64,000 nt of DNA from the human T2T-CHM13v2.0 reference genome, Homo sapiens, in NCBI RefSeq assembly GCF_009914755.1, contig NC_060936.1; one strand, given 5' to 3'. Below the pieces are notes generated by a model that searched no databases, was not told where the DNA came from, and saw only the letters and a program-made list of their open reading frames with translations. A program made the translations under genes and the position numbers. Within the stretch, counting starts at the first letter, position 1, and every line of letters begins with the position of its first letter. Below are positions 46,987 through 62,409 of the stretch, one piece after another.

Positions 46987-47998
46987 AGAAACAAGATTTC
47001 CATACTCAGGAATCAGGAGTGACGTGTATAGAGAGGAAACTATGTGAGACATGCAAATGGAAGTTAGGAGAGGGCATGTAAAGTAATTAGAGCTGATTTT
47101 AGGCCTCATGAAATACATAGAGTTCTAAGTAATGAATAATGGTCACTGAAATTTTTCACAGTCTCAAAAAGAAAAATATTTTTACTGGAGAATAAAAATG
47201 TTCTGCTTGAGGCCAGCCTTGGTCTCTAGTAGCAATAAAAGCCTGTGATATATAATGATGCTCATATTTCTTCCATTTTCAATAGCACTGTGGTAGGGAA
47301 AGTAAATGTACCAACCCATATCTAGTGGAAGGAGACAAAATTCTGCTCAGTTTCCTTTTATGCTTCGTTTGATTTTTTCTCTGACACATTTATAATTTTT
47401 TAGTTTCTTTAGTCTCTAGTTGAGGGCTTGGCAGATTTTCATTTTTTGAGAGGATCGTGTTCTTTCCTTTTGAGAGGAAACATAATTTCCTCTCAAAGTT
47501 GTACATGCATGGGTTGCCTGTGTGTGCACCCGTAAAACCCAATTTCTGGTTTTACCAAGAAAATCAGCTATGTATATGTATACAGTGTCCCATTGAATTG
47601 AACCGTTATTGAGTTTCCAGTGTTACCTACATAAATATTAATACTAGCTAACATATCTTAGGACTTTCTTGGCTTATTCACGTTAGCATTTTTTGAAACT
47701 GCTTGCTTTATGTTTAGGTCACTTTTTTCAACATACATATGCTAAATGTAATGTAGCATGAACTAAAGAGAGGAAAAGGCCAACCTAGGCCTTCCTGATG
47801 GTTCCTAGGTGTTACCAAATGGTGTGGTGCTATAAGTAGTCCCCAGGGAATGGCAGACAAACATCCTGTGTCCACTCTGGGTATATGCTGGACTTGAGAT
47901 TACCTGTGCATTTTATTTCCTGCTTGGTATTTAGTTTGGACACCAAAATCTGCTGGGTAAATGAGTATCATACTAAACAAGCTTTAAAAGGTATACTT

Positions 47999-48467
47999 GG
48001 TCAGGCATGGTGGCTCTTGAATGTAATCTCAGCACTTTGGGAGGCCAAGGTGGGAGAATCACTTTAACCCAGGTGTCCAGGTGTTTGAGACCATCCTGGG
48101 CAACAGAAAGATGTTGTCTCTAATGAAAAAAAAAAAAAAAAAAAAGAATCTGGGTGTGATGGCACATGCCTCTAGTCCCAGCTACTTAGGAGGCTGAGGT
48201 GGGAGAATTGCTTGAGCCCTGTAGTGAGCTGTGATCACACCAGTGCACTCCATTCTGGGCAACAGAGTGACAGCCTGTCTCAAAACAAAAACATTACTTT
48301 AGCTAGTGGTTGTGGCTCACACCTGTAGTCCCAGCTACATGGGAGAATAAACTGGGAGGATTGCTTAAGCCCAGGAGTTTGAGTCTGCTGCAAGCTATGA
48401 TCATGCCACTCTACTCCAACCTGGGTGACACAGACCCCATCTCTAAAACATAAACAAATAAATAAAT
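47999..48467 (+). mobile_element. AluJ dimer followed by a third right-arm/FRAM monomer
   Basis: Left arm, A20, right arm to ~48291, extra monomer 48299-48467; flanks AAGGTATACTT/AAGGTGTACCTT. Confidence 0.8.
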
Positions 48468-48676
48468 GAAGGTGTACCTTAAACTGCCCTGAAAAAGAAG
48501 CCAGCCAACACACTTTGATCTACATGGTGCCCTGTTTGTCTGAGTTGCACAGCTCTAGGGGATACCATATTCATAGATTTTATTTACAGTGAAATCTGTG
48601 AAACCCCCATGGAGTTGAACATGAAGTCTCTGGTCACACCCTTGAATTTGCTATGTTAGTTGTAGTATGTTATAGC

Positions 48677-48810
48677 TAGGATGACTTTATCATTTATTGT
48701 CCAAGCCAGAACACTTTTTAGAGTGAAAGGGGGCAGATTTTATAACCATAGTAGAATAGTGGGCATGAACTTGGACTCTTTTGGGAATATAGACATTTAT
48801 AGTTCTTCTA
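48677..48810. mobile_element. hAT-Blackjack MITE (MER94/MER81-like)
   Basis: TAGGATGAC...TTGTCCAAGCCAGAACACTTTTTAGAGTGAAAGGGGGC; degenerate 8-bp TSD GTTATAGC/CTTATTGC. Confidence 0.7.
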
Positions 48811-49943
48811 CTTATTGCAATCAATATAGAACTGGTTGGTTATTAAGATAGGTTAAATATGCTTTTCTCTTTAAAACATTTCTATTGGTATAGCAAGGGA
48901 GTAGAACAAATAGAATCAAAATGAAATATGCTAATAATGATTCTCTCTTTCCATATTGTTTAATTTCTGAAAGAAATCTTTAGAGGATACATTTCTTTTT
49001 CAGGGTATTTTTTGGCCACCTTTACAGAGGATTCAAAATGTTCCACTCTTTTATGTGTTCAAATCTAAGTTTCTCTAGCTGCTAAACTGTTAAACTTATA
49101 TTGAATTCTAGTGTGGTTTTCCCAATAAAATGTTCTGGAGAGTATTAAATGTCTTTTAAAAATTCTTTAAATTTGAGGTTGCCTTGCTCACAAACTGCCA
49201 GTAGCAAACGTTTATATACCATCTCATTCCAAATGCCTATTCTTGGCTTTGCATCTCTCTTTATACTAGCTCCATTTCCCATTCCTCAGCTGAAATTTTT
49301 GCTCTTGCACATTCATCTCTTCAGTGGCTCCTAAATTGTTGATGTTCATGCTTTGTTTCCATTGGTTTTCACCACGATTTGCCATTTTCTCTCTTTCTGC
49401 CTGCCCAGATGCTTCCCTTTCTTCCAAGGCCCCTGTCCTCTGCCTGCTCTCTTTGTGGGGGCTGTACCTCATAATCTAGTGACTCAATTTTATTTTCAGT
49501 AATTTGGGTATATTATGAAACATTTTTTCACCCAGATACAAGGATTAAATTTGGTCATATATAAAGATTACTCTTCGCATTGTAAAATACTATGTAAATA
49601 TTCTTCAGTATTACTCTAGTCTTTTATTTTTGCTCAGATTTTATTAGGGTCTGCTAATTATTTTATGTACAATAGTCTCTCACCTCTCCAACAATATCAT
49701 ATATAGCTTAAGGGCAGAGAGCATATCTAAAGTTTCATTATTCCCCAATCATGACTAGAGATGTGATGAACACAGAGAAGCAAATAATTTATTATTTTTT
49801 TAAATATTGAACATTTTACATCTGTCCCCCATCTTCCCTGTTCTTCAATTTCATCCTTCTGACAAAGTTTGAAATAAGATTTGCTAAGTATTAAACTGGA
49901 AGGTTCTTTTTATTATGGTTGTCAGTCAATTAAGAATTCTCAT

Positions 49944-50850
<907 letters not shown>

Positions 50851-51126
50851 ATCATTCTGATGTCACTCAGATAGCAAATAAGAATGTTTCATGCGATAAG
50901 CCTTTCAGGTATAACTCACATTTATTATAACTAGAAACTTGATATTTGGGGCACAGCTGTACATTGTAAAACCTACCAAGATAAACTTATGATTAATATC
51001 TCTGTTATTCTATGATCAACAAGTATAGATTAAACTGTAACCAAGAATAGTGAAGATGTGATAATAGATGGCATCTTTTCACAATTTAACTTAGTGTAGC
51101 TGTTAAACAAAATAACTATAGTTCTA

Positions 51127-51414
51127 GGCTGGGTGTGGTGGCACATGCCTGTGATCCCAGCACTTTGGGAGGCCGAGACAGGTGGATCACCTGAGGTCAG
51201 GAGTTCAAGACCAGTCTAACCAATATGGTGAAACCCTGTCTCTACTAAAAACTACAAAAATTAGCCGGGTGTGGTGGCATGCTCCTGTAGTCCCAGCTAC
51301 TCGGGAGGCTGAGACAGGAGAATTGCTTGAACCAAGAGGCGGAGGATGCAGTGAGTCAAGATCATGCCACTGCACTCCAGCCTGGGCAACAGAGCGAGAC
51401 TCCGTCTCAAAAAA
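51127..51414 (+). mobile_element. AluSx-like
   Basis: Full dimer; TSD AAAATA(A/G)C(T/C)ATAGTTCT. Confidence 0.93.
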
Positions 51415-54400
51415 AAAATAGCCATAGTTCTCATGATGTTACATGCCAGAGTTACGGCATTAAGTGAGACTCATCCATTCGACTGCTACTTCAAGAGTAG
51501 GGGCTGTCCCTTAAAAGATGGGTATTTTTTAGGTATTTTTTGTACCATTTACTTGTAAATATTTAATTACAGGAAAGATTATAGTTTTACTAATTATCTG
51601 TTCTCAGTCTTTTCTATTTGCCTTTTAGCACGTCCACGCCAGTTGTATAATTCAGTTGTTAATGCATTGAACAAAGCACAGTATAAGATTTTTGCTAATA
51701 TTTAATGCAAACTTGCATGCCTGCTGTGGATAATCTTACAGTGAATGAAAATACCTGGCTCATTTTCCTTATGAAATGAGGTTAACTGACCATTCTGATA
51801 TCTAAGAAAAATAGCTTTCTCCAGCTTCAAATAGAAATAGCATACTTTATTTTTTTCCCTTTTGCAAGAAACAGAGAATAGATAACTTTCTGATAACTTC
51901 CCTAAAATATCAGACCCATTGCTTCATTTTCACAACAGTAAACAGTTTTTTTTTTTGTTGAGTGTTTATGTTATGCAGACCTGATTAAACACATGATATA
52001 AAATGTATCATACCGATACCTTGTGATGTGAATATATTAAAAGCGTAAGTAATATCATACAAGAGAAGTTCACAAAGTTAGTTTGCATGCTTCTTTGCTT
52101 CTTATGTCAAATGAAAAGAAAGATTAGGAAATGTGCTTTAAAAAGTCTCTTCATAAGCAACAACAAAAAAATGTTTGCGTCATGAGAAATTTGAACTAAC
52201 ACTTCGTTTGGTGGTAAAAATGTGTTTGTATTCTCAGAGGCAAATCTTAAAGAAGGCACGTGACACAAAATGTCAATTGTGTATTTAAATAAAATTTCTC
52301 AACATGTAAGAAGTTTTGTTTTTTTTTTTAATTTGGCTTAATGAGCTTTCTGGTTGCAAATATTTTTTGTTTTCTAGTTGCAGTGTGGTGTGGAAGAGGT
52401 TTTTTAATAGGGTTATGTCTCATGTTTTTGTTACAAAGACAACTTTTTATTTTAGAAAGCAGGGCTGGAATAATGAATGTTAGCTTTTATTTTGAGTTTT
52501 CTAAACTACAGTTTCTTTTTGAGTTATCTTGGAAAAATGTTGCTTTTGCAGTTTTAGATATTTTTTTACCTTAAATGCATTGCTGGTATAATAAAATCTC
52601 TTCCCATTCAGAGTAGCTGAAACTTTTCCCAAGATGGATTTGAGCAAAAGCAGGATTAAAAACAAGACAACAAACAAAATAGGACACGAGAGTATCGTTG
52701 ATGAGTAGATCAAAATTAATAGGGTTCAAAATGCTGAAAATATATCTCTCAAACTTTTCAAAATCAAATTTCTGCAATTATCTTGCAGTAATTTGAAGAA
52801 GAAAGAATTTTTATTGCTAGGAGAATGGAAAAACCAACAGTCCTGTAGTACATTTTAAGAAAAGGGTTCTTTGTCACGTTTGAATAGAGTATGTGTGTGG
52901 AGTTTGCTCTTTTTTTTTTTTTTTTTTTTTAGCAGAAAAAAAATCTACAAGTTGGCAGTTGGTTGTACAGATTTCCTCTTTGTGGTGGAAATACTGGGAT
53001 GTTGTGGGAGAAAACCGCTGTCCATCTTAACACAGATGCTAATTGTATTCTGTAATTCTTCTTGGTTGCCATTGCGATGTTCTTAGCTGCCTTTTATTTG
53101 TTGTTTCTCCAGGACAGAAGTGATTACTAATTACGTATCATGCTACACAGAAGAAGTAGGCCATTTGGTTTTCTTTTCTTTTTCTTTCTTTCCTCTGTTG
53201 TTATTATTATTGTTTTTTTTTTTTTTTTGGAGAGGAAAGTGAAAGGCGGCTTAGAGGTTTTAATGCTGCTGCTCATCTCTACATGCCTAGGCTGCTTCTC
53301 TAATTTGCATGGGTACCTTGGGCATTGTCCTGAGGGGCTGGGGTAGTTTGACCTCCTCTTTAGTTTAGTGACCCTTGTCATCTTGCTGTTCATTCCTGGG
53401 GCCTGTTTAATGCTAATTAGGCCTTCAACCAGTTGCTGTTTACAACTGTGTGCTTTAGAAAGCAGGGCCTTCCCCAAAGACCACATTGGTGGTCCTAAGC
53501 TAAACTGGTAGAATTGAAGACCTCCCCCATCCGCAGAGAAAAGCCTCTTCACACTTCTATTTATTTAGAAATATGTAACAGTCACACCATTAACATAAAT
53601 AAATAAACAATGAAGGATTGAATATTTGACTCTGATGCTTCCTAATGATGGCTGGATGCTTCTTAGGAAAACTTAACTTTGAGGTCCTAAAAAAACAGAT
53701 CATCTCAGCCTCTCCTCCCACTGTGAACACTGGGTAAAGATAGGGCAAGAGTGTTTAAAAAGAGGACAGTTAAATGGTCCCAGGTTAAGAAATATTTATA
53801 TTATGTTTATCTACTGTTTGATTAAACTGATTGAACAAAACGAAAAAATTCAGTGGACTCTTATGTATGATATGTATCGGATGGTACTAAATATAGGTCT
53901 CAGAATTGATTACAGGCTTTATTCAGTAGACATTTTATCTTCATTTCAGCTGAGAGCTTTGCTAGCCTTCCTAGTGTTTGGATAAAGGAAGGAACAGGAA
54001 CTCTAAACAGAGCTCTTTGGCCAATACTGTCTCTAATACTCCTCCTGCCTAATTTTATGAAGTTATTAACTGATGTTTGTACAAGTCAAAGATCTCACTC
54101 ATGATCACTTTGGAGAGCTGATTACAAAGGCACATTTTGAAACAGAACTTCTGAGATCAGCGTTTGGATAGTCATTGAACCACACTATCTCCAAGAAGAG
54201 GATAATGAAAATAAATCTCTGTCCTATGGACATTGATATTTTCTACCTTTTCTAGACTAAGTACAATGTGGATGGCTATTTGTGGCGTTATGATTCAAGG
54301 CTTGTGTGATGCACAGTGCCTTTGAGTTACTTCTAAGTAGCCTCTTTATTCCTAATTTTGATAATGTGACATTTATTGCAATGAAATTAACAAAAATTAT

Positions 54401-54797
54401 TGAATGTTCCTTTTTGCACAGAGACAAGATATGGAGTTTATAGAGGGAAATGCCTTCATTTAGTCTTTCATGGGTATAATAAATATAATGTTGACAAGCT
54501 ACTTTGCTTGATAAACTTGTTTATATAGTTTCTTTCACAATGAAAACAGGGTACATTAGAATTTTTGATTAGAAATGCTTCAATTAAGGGCAAATGAACT
54601 TGGATGCTAAATGAGTTTGAATAATTTCCTGGACTTTGAGGGAAATTAATAGGTATTTAAAAAAGCAAGTAGGGCTGGCCATTTAAATAGAAGTCCTTAG
54701 AACAATTCATAGTATTAGAAGATAAACCTATTTTTGTGTAGGTGCTGGGTAGGTTTAAATAATTTTTTTGTAGCTGTTTTAACAAGAAGGTATATGC

Positions 54798-54800
<3 letters not shown>

Positions 54801-54830
<30 letters not shown>
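54801..54830. repeat. (TG)15 microsatellite
   Basis: Perfect dinucleotide run. Confidence 0.95.
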
Positions 54831-54832
<2 letters not shown>

Positions 54833-57800
54833 TGAGAGAGAGGGGTGGGGGTGGCAGACAGCGTGCTTCTAAGCCTTCCTGAAGATCCTCCCTTGCCTCT
54901 TGTCTCCTTCTCATATAAAAAGGGGTTGGCTGGAGGCAAACCTTCCCTTTTGTTGCCATTGATCTGACACTAGGATATTTTGTAGTCCAGTGAGTAGAAA
55001 TGTGTCCCAGCTGTAAGATTCTGATTGTGGATTTTTCTTCAGTAGGTTACTGATCTTTCTTTATGCCTAAATTCACATTCTTCTAAGTGGAGGATTTACA
55101 TTTATGATTTCATCTGGGTTTAAAATCTGGCCGGAAGCATGGTTATGTGTTTAATGCAAATCCGGGGGAAGAGTGCTTCCTACTAAGTTGTCATTTCATG
55201 AAGAATTTAGCTTACTTATTTTCTCCACCATTTGAAGGATCCTCAAGGGGGTGATTTTTTTCTCAAGGGTACAAGCTTCTGCAGTAAATGAAGTGAAGGA
55301 ATGGAGGAGCAACTGGGAAGGGTGGGGAGGAGGAGGATCAAAGCAGCAATCAACCTCAAATGGTTCTCTCCTAGTCTTGGTTTGCTCAATTGTTGAAATA
55401 TGGGATTGCACCTCTCTCTGCCTGCTATGTCCAAGATTGTGATACATGAGAATGTTTATAACAATATTCTACAAGTTGTAGAATGGAGTACATGGATGAT
55501 GAGAATTCTGATTATAGCTATATTTTCCATTAATTATTAGCAGACATGAATATGTAGAGTGGGCCTGCTGTAAACTGGAGTGGTTCTTTTTTTTAACCAG
55601 TTCACATCATCATTCCAAAACACATGTATACTACATATATATTTAAAAATATACACAAATAATACTTGAATAGTATATTTTGAATATTGTAAGTCTAAAA
55701 TAAATGGAAACCCGAATAATGTGACAGAAATAGAAGTTCCAGATATTTTTCCCATACCCCAGTTAATTATTTTGTGCAACTCTTTCCTTTTTTGGCATGT
55801 GGAAGCCACTTTGAAAGGCATTGGCTAGGGGACTATATCTTAGAGAAGGTGTGTTGGGAGAACCTGCATATTAAGTGGAAAGGATACATGAAATTGACAT
55901 GGTATATTATGGTTAAGTATATCTCCTACATGGAGTTGGGTATTAGGTCTCATGTAATTACTATGATCGCACGGCCTGATACATCGGTGTTTCCTCCTAC
56001 CTTGTAGAAAATAGAGGGGTACAATTTGATACTGGGGACTGGTTTCCTGCTTTACTGCCAGTGGGAAAGCTGAAGTTGTGAACATTAAAAGGAAGCAAGA
56101 CTTCTAGCTTTCCTCTTTCTCATTCACCTTAAAGCCACCTCTATTTGTAGGCGAAGGGTAACTTCCTTTTAACTTCCGTCTTGAAGTCTGAAAGTGGTTA
56201 GGAAATGTGGGGTTGGTATGTTGTCAGAGCAATTCCATGCTTCATTTTTGTATTTGGAGGTTTTAATTTTTCCAGCGTATTTTCAGCTGGAGTTAACAGC
56301 ATATTAATTTTTTGGTGGAGAACACTGGCTTTATTACAGAATTCTGCCCTGCAGCTTTCTGAGTTTCACTGATTTCCTTGCGTGTGTGTCTTTTTTTTGT
56401 TTGTTTTGTTTTTGTTTGTTTGGTTTTGGTTCCAAAGGCTTTAGAATTTTCAGAAAATAGCTTAGTTTACAATTTCTGTGTCTTTTTGTTCAGTTTCCAA
56501 TTGGGAATAATAAGAGTGAACAACTGAAGGCTATTACCTGGCATAGAAGGGAAGAGACTTTTCTTAATAGTTTTTGCTTCTCTTAAAGATGTAGTCATGT
56601 ATAGGATTCATAGAGATCCATGCCAATGGGAAAGAACTCAGTTTTACTTTGAGGCCTCTCTTTAGACCCGGAAGCTGCTGGGAATCTCTTGAGCACTAAA
56701 ACATTAGATGAGAAAGACTTAGCGGGAAAACTCCATTTTACTTTGATACCAAAGGGATTGAGAAATGCAGTCGGGAAGGAATTTCCCTACCCTATGCTGA
56801 ATCCTGAGCCCTCTTATTCTTTCTGGTTTCAGCTATTTTAATTTTTAATCCAAAATAAACAAACAACCCCCCCCCGTCCCCCCCAAACACAAAAGAAACA
56901 AATAACAAAATAAAAACAAACCAGGGAATATTATTAGAGCACTGGAATGTGAGAATGTAACTTTTTCTTTTCTGTGTATCACATGACTTTTATTTAGTTT
57001 ACCAAGTTGCTGGCAGTAAAGCTCTTTGTTTTCAAACAGGAAAATATATTTAGCAAAATATATGTCCATTCATATTTGTCTGCCTGTTGTTGGACTGCAT
57101 AATTTAAGCAGACTTCACAAGATAGGGCAGCAGCAAAAGGAATGGTTTATTACCACATTCATTCTCAAATCCCAAATGCCCTCAATAAAATAATGATATC
57201 GAAGATTAAAATGGCAGTCTTTCACTGTCTAACCTGATTTACAATCCTGAAACATGGTTCCCTTTGTCACTTTGGAATTCTCTAGTCTCCTTGATTCTAG
57301 AGACCATGATTCAGAGATTATCCTTGTCCATTAAAAGATTTGGTTCATTTCTGCAGATATTTGTTAAATAGCTGCTAAATGGGTAAAAGGCACTGGGTAG
57401 AAGTTTATGTCACCATCTCGATTTAAGTATGTTGAAATTCTAAGTGTGGCAAGACTACTTTGTTTTGTGTCCTTTTCTGATTTTTAGATTTCTTCCCATG
57501 TTCTGGTTGCTGCAGGGGCTACAGTCTTTTAAGTGTTTTTCATTGCCTGTCGAACAATACAGAAGGTTAACTGGCTCTGATTACTTGATTTGTGTTTTGC
57601 TGATGTCTTTCTTTTCTTGATCTCCCTGTGTTCTATTGCCTTAGATTTCCTTTCCACTAAGAAGCCATAGAGAAAATCATCTAATATGTATCTGCATGGG
57701 TGTAAAGTGTTAGAAAGAAAAATGCAAGGAAACATCTTACTTTCTAGCTTCCTTCTTCAAAGGAATTATAGTCTAGTTGAGAAATGATGACACACACACC

Positions 57801-59108
57801 TGAAAAGATAAATGATTAGTCTCCCCTCCCCCAGTTTAAATAATGGTATAAGGCAATAATGGAAAGGTATCACAAGGTATAGTACATTATATGTTGCCCA
57901 ATAAATTGTAATGGCTCTCACCGTTCAGAAGTGATTCCTTGTATTGTAGTCATTTTATTCACGTTGACATAGAGATCAGTGGTGCTGACTTAATTTTCTC
58001 CAATTTGTACTTTGAAAATTACTTCTCCGGCTGGTATTTTTTGATAGTGAAAAAATATATTTGATTAAATTTGGGGTAAAAAAATGAGCATCTGCCATTA
58101 TTTTGAAGTAACACTGATGAACTAGTGTTAAATGTTTACTTTTTAGACTCTTATTACTGGGAATTCCTTGATTAGAACACTGCTTGGTACATCTCTTCCC
58201 TTTGTCTCAACAGTGATCTGGGCCTGGCATCTTTGAAGAGAGTGTCTCCAGCTCCTTAGAGCTTTTAACAAGAGATTTTCCTTAGTCTTTGTTGGGGTAC
58301 TGTGAAGTCGGAACCACTCCATGTACTAGGGATCTTACAATAAAAGTTTTTGTTTTTGTTAGAACATTTTTACTCCTCAGCTATGCTGTAGTTGATTTAT
58401 GTATATGGCATTTTAAAATAAATTCCTCATGCATACCTACTTTCTTATTACAAGCTAGAGAAAATGAAAAGTGCTTAATTATAGGAGCCTATATAACCAT
58501 ACAGTTTGTATGTAGCCCTCACACTATTTTGTTTGTTCAGAGAGCTTTATCAGGCTGTTTCTATCAAATATTGTGTTTTCGTTGGGGGCTAGGGTTACAT
58601 ATTTTAATTATCATACCCAGTATGGAAACTGGTGAAACTTTTTCATATTTATATTTTCACTATCTACTAGACAAAGCAGTTTTTATCATTTTCTATCTTT
58701 CATGTTTTTTTCTCCCAGAGTTAATTTTAGATGGTGTGAGTCTAATGAGGTGGCTAAGGGACATTATTTATGAAATGTCATTGGACTTATTTTCTGAGCT
58801 GAATTCCATTTTACATGTGGGATAGCTTGTTTGTTGTTTTAACTATTTCTGAGTTGGAAAGGGGATATTTAAGGAATTGTTTGTAATGAGGTTTAGACTT
58901 TATTCTTAAAGGATTTGAAAAAAATACAGAACCTAGTTATATGTAAATGAATGTATATTTTTCTCTGAAATGTTTGCTAAACTTTTTCAGACAGTTGCTT
59001 AAGTTAGATTTACTTCTTAAAATCTTTATCCATTAAAATTATCTTTGACCTAATTCATTTTATGATGTCAGTATGGATTTGTATTTCTGTAATACTCTTA
59101 GCGGATTA

Positions 59109-59479
<371 letters not shown>

Positions 59480-60394
59480 CTAAAATTTTCTTTCCTTACT
59501 TCATCTTGAGAATGTATGTCCTCTTTTAAGAACGTGGTTACGTGGTTTCCAAAAGTGGTATTTTGGCGTGAGATGAGAATAGACTTTCCAGTGTCCCCAC
59601 ATTTAAATGATTTCCTTACAAAACGACTGTAATGGATTTTCTTTAAAAAAGTCAGATCTGCTACTATATTTTAAATATGACTTAATAAAAATATGTATTA
59701 TTTTGGCAACATCTTTTATTTTAGGGGTAAGTTATAGCAATGCTATTTGAGTACAGAGATGATATTACAATATACCTTCTGACCCTTTATATAAATATTT
59801 AGAGTAAGGGAAATAAGTATTTTTCTACAAATTCAATGGAAATATTCTAAATTCTTACATCATTGCAACTATTGGTAACTACTAGTGAAGTTGAATTTAG
59901 ATGGCACAAATTGACTGAATTTTCATGGGTACATGATTTTTAAGTTTTTACTGCAAGGTTTGGTAGCCTAGGAACAGCAATAAGAGCACAGTGGGGTTGC
60001 TTGAGTGGTGGGTTAACAATGCTGGGTAAATATGTCTGTTCTCCCCACTTATATTTTGCATGTCTCTTTACCTAATTAAATTTGTTTAGTTACAATCTCC
60101 TAGAAGGATAAGAAAAAACTTACTACCTTACTTACCTTTCTCTCCCTCACAGCCTTCCCAGAACTTTTTCATGTTCAGGAGCTAATGTCCTGGTCTTTTC
60201 ATCTCTGGAGAATGTATAATCACATCCTTAACATCTCCTTGCACTCACCTTAAGCACTGCCCTGCTCTTAGGTTCTTGGCCTACTCTGCTTTTCTTCTCT
60301 TTCCAGGGTGCTGAAGTTCTAAACTCCTGCAGCTTTTCTCTCTCTTCACTTTCAGAACCAAGAGGTTCTGAATGGACTTTTACAGGAAAGCCTG

Positions 60395-60530
60395 GCCTGG
60401 AGGAGTGGCTCATGCCTGTCATCTCAGCACTTTGGGAGGCCAAAGCAGAGGACCACTTGAGCACAAGAGTTTCAGAACAGCTCAGGCAACATAGGAGGAC
60501 TCTGCCTCAAAAAATAGATAAATAAAAGAA
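60395..60530 (+). mobile_element. FLAM/AluJ left monomer
   Basis: Single arm with A-rich tail; TSD AGGAAA(G/A)CCTG. Confidence 0.82.
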
Positions 60531-61440
60531 AGGAAAACCTGTTACCTACTTCTGTCTGTCACCAGCTCCTCCTAACCCATTTAGGGATGCTTCTTTGAGG
60601 TAATACTTTTTTGATTCGGCTTCCTTTTGCCAAATGGCTTCCTCAAGTCTCCAGATTCACGCTTTTGTCGTTTTGAAACCAGTGTCTGATATGTACGATA
60701 AAGTTAAATGGGTTTTCTAATCTTGTGAATTGCAGGTGTAGGAGGTGGAGCTTTGCCAAGCAATCATGACCATCTAGAACTGTGTCAGGGGAAAAAAGAG
60801 AATTGCAACCTGTGGGGTCTAATTGTGTGTATGCTGAATTTTAGAGGTTATTAATAAAGAGGGAGGAACAAATAGGCTTAAGTATACTATAATGGTTAAG
60901 AAACATTTAAAACAATATAAGCAGACACACAGCTTAATGGGTTCTATGAATTAATATTCCCGTGATGAATTAGCAACATGAACAATGGAAAGATTCATTA
61001 GAGTTTGTCCTTTCATCTGGTATGATTAATATTTATTTGAAGTAAAATGCCACCCGATTTAAATTATATAGAAATATAGACTAAGCCAGGCTCTCTACTG
61101 GAATATGCAAACAATTCTGATTCATGTTCACCTCTGATGAAACAGTGAACTGTGAACAAAGGCAGAGAATCTAAAGAAACTTGTGTTATTAATACTATAG
61201 GAAGAATCCTAACTGATGGACATTTGGTTCATCTTCCCTCTTTGAATGTAACCTTGAATCTATTGTAAGATCATGATAGGAATACATAGACTAAGAGTTT
61301 GCTTTATGCCCTCAGTTTGCTTTCTGTGTTCTATTATATTTGCTTTTCACATCTAACTGGTAAAGTAGGCAAGACAAGTACTATTAATGTTATCTTTCAT
61401 TTTACAGAGGAGGAAGCTGCTCAGTAAAGATGAGTAAGCT

Positions 61441-61700
61441 ATCTGGGCACAGTGGCTCATGCCTGTAATCCCATCACTTTGGAAGGCCAAGATAGGATGA
61501 TTCCTTGAGGCAAGGAGTTGGGGCAACATAGTGAGACCTCATCTCTACAAAAACAGAAAAAATTAGCTGGGTGTGGTGATGTATGCCTGTGGTCTCAGCT
61601 ACTTAGGAGGCTGAGGAGGTAGGATGAATTGAGCTCACAGGTTCCTTGCACCATACACTCTAGCTTGGGTGAGACCTTGTCTCTTAAAAAAAAAAAAAAA
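61441..61700 (+). mobile_element. AluJ with internal deletions, inserted in an antisense MIR
   Basis: TSD AAAGATG(A/G)GTAA(G/A)CT; MIR motif CATTTTACAGAGGAGGAAGCTG upstream. Confidence 0.88.
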
Positions 61701-62013
61701 AAAGATGGGTAAACTGTCCATGGCCATGTTGTCATGGACAGTCTTGTGCTTTCAGATGCTGAGCCCAGGGCTTTGAACCAAGGATTTCATTACTGTAATT
61801 GTGAGGGGGTGGATTGGGCCTGTAGGAGTTGGTTCTGTCTCTGTTTACAGTTTACTGTCCCTCTTTGAGAGAGTCAATATTTGAAATTTCTCAAAATGCC
61901 AGTAATTTGTTTGGCTTTGGTTTGGAAATGTCATTTGATAGCATTTTTTAAAAAACTATTCTTATGAATTCTCTTCACAAGAAGAGGATGTTGATTTTCC
62001 TGGGAAGAAGTAA

Positions 62014-62409
<396 letters not shown>

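Noticed and set aside
53127-53552. 141-aa minus-strand ORF
   Set aside because: Includes poly-Lys from T runs; no coding signature
58289-58825. 178-aa ORF, the longest in the track
   Set aside because: Starts at TTG with the first ATG far downstream; the F/L/I-rich composition reflects T-rich intron DNA; no homology recognised
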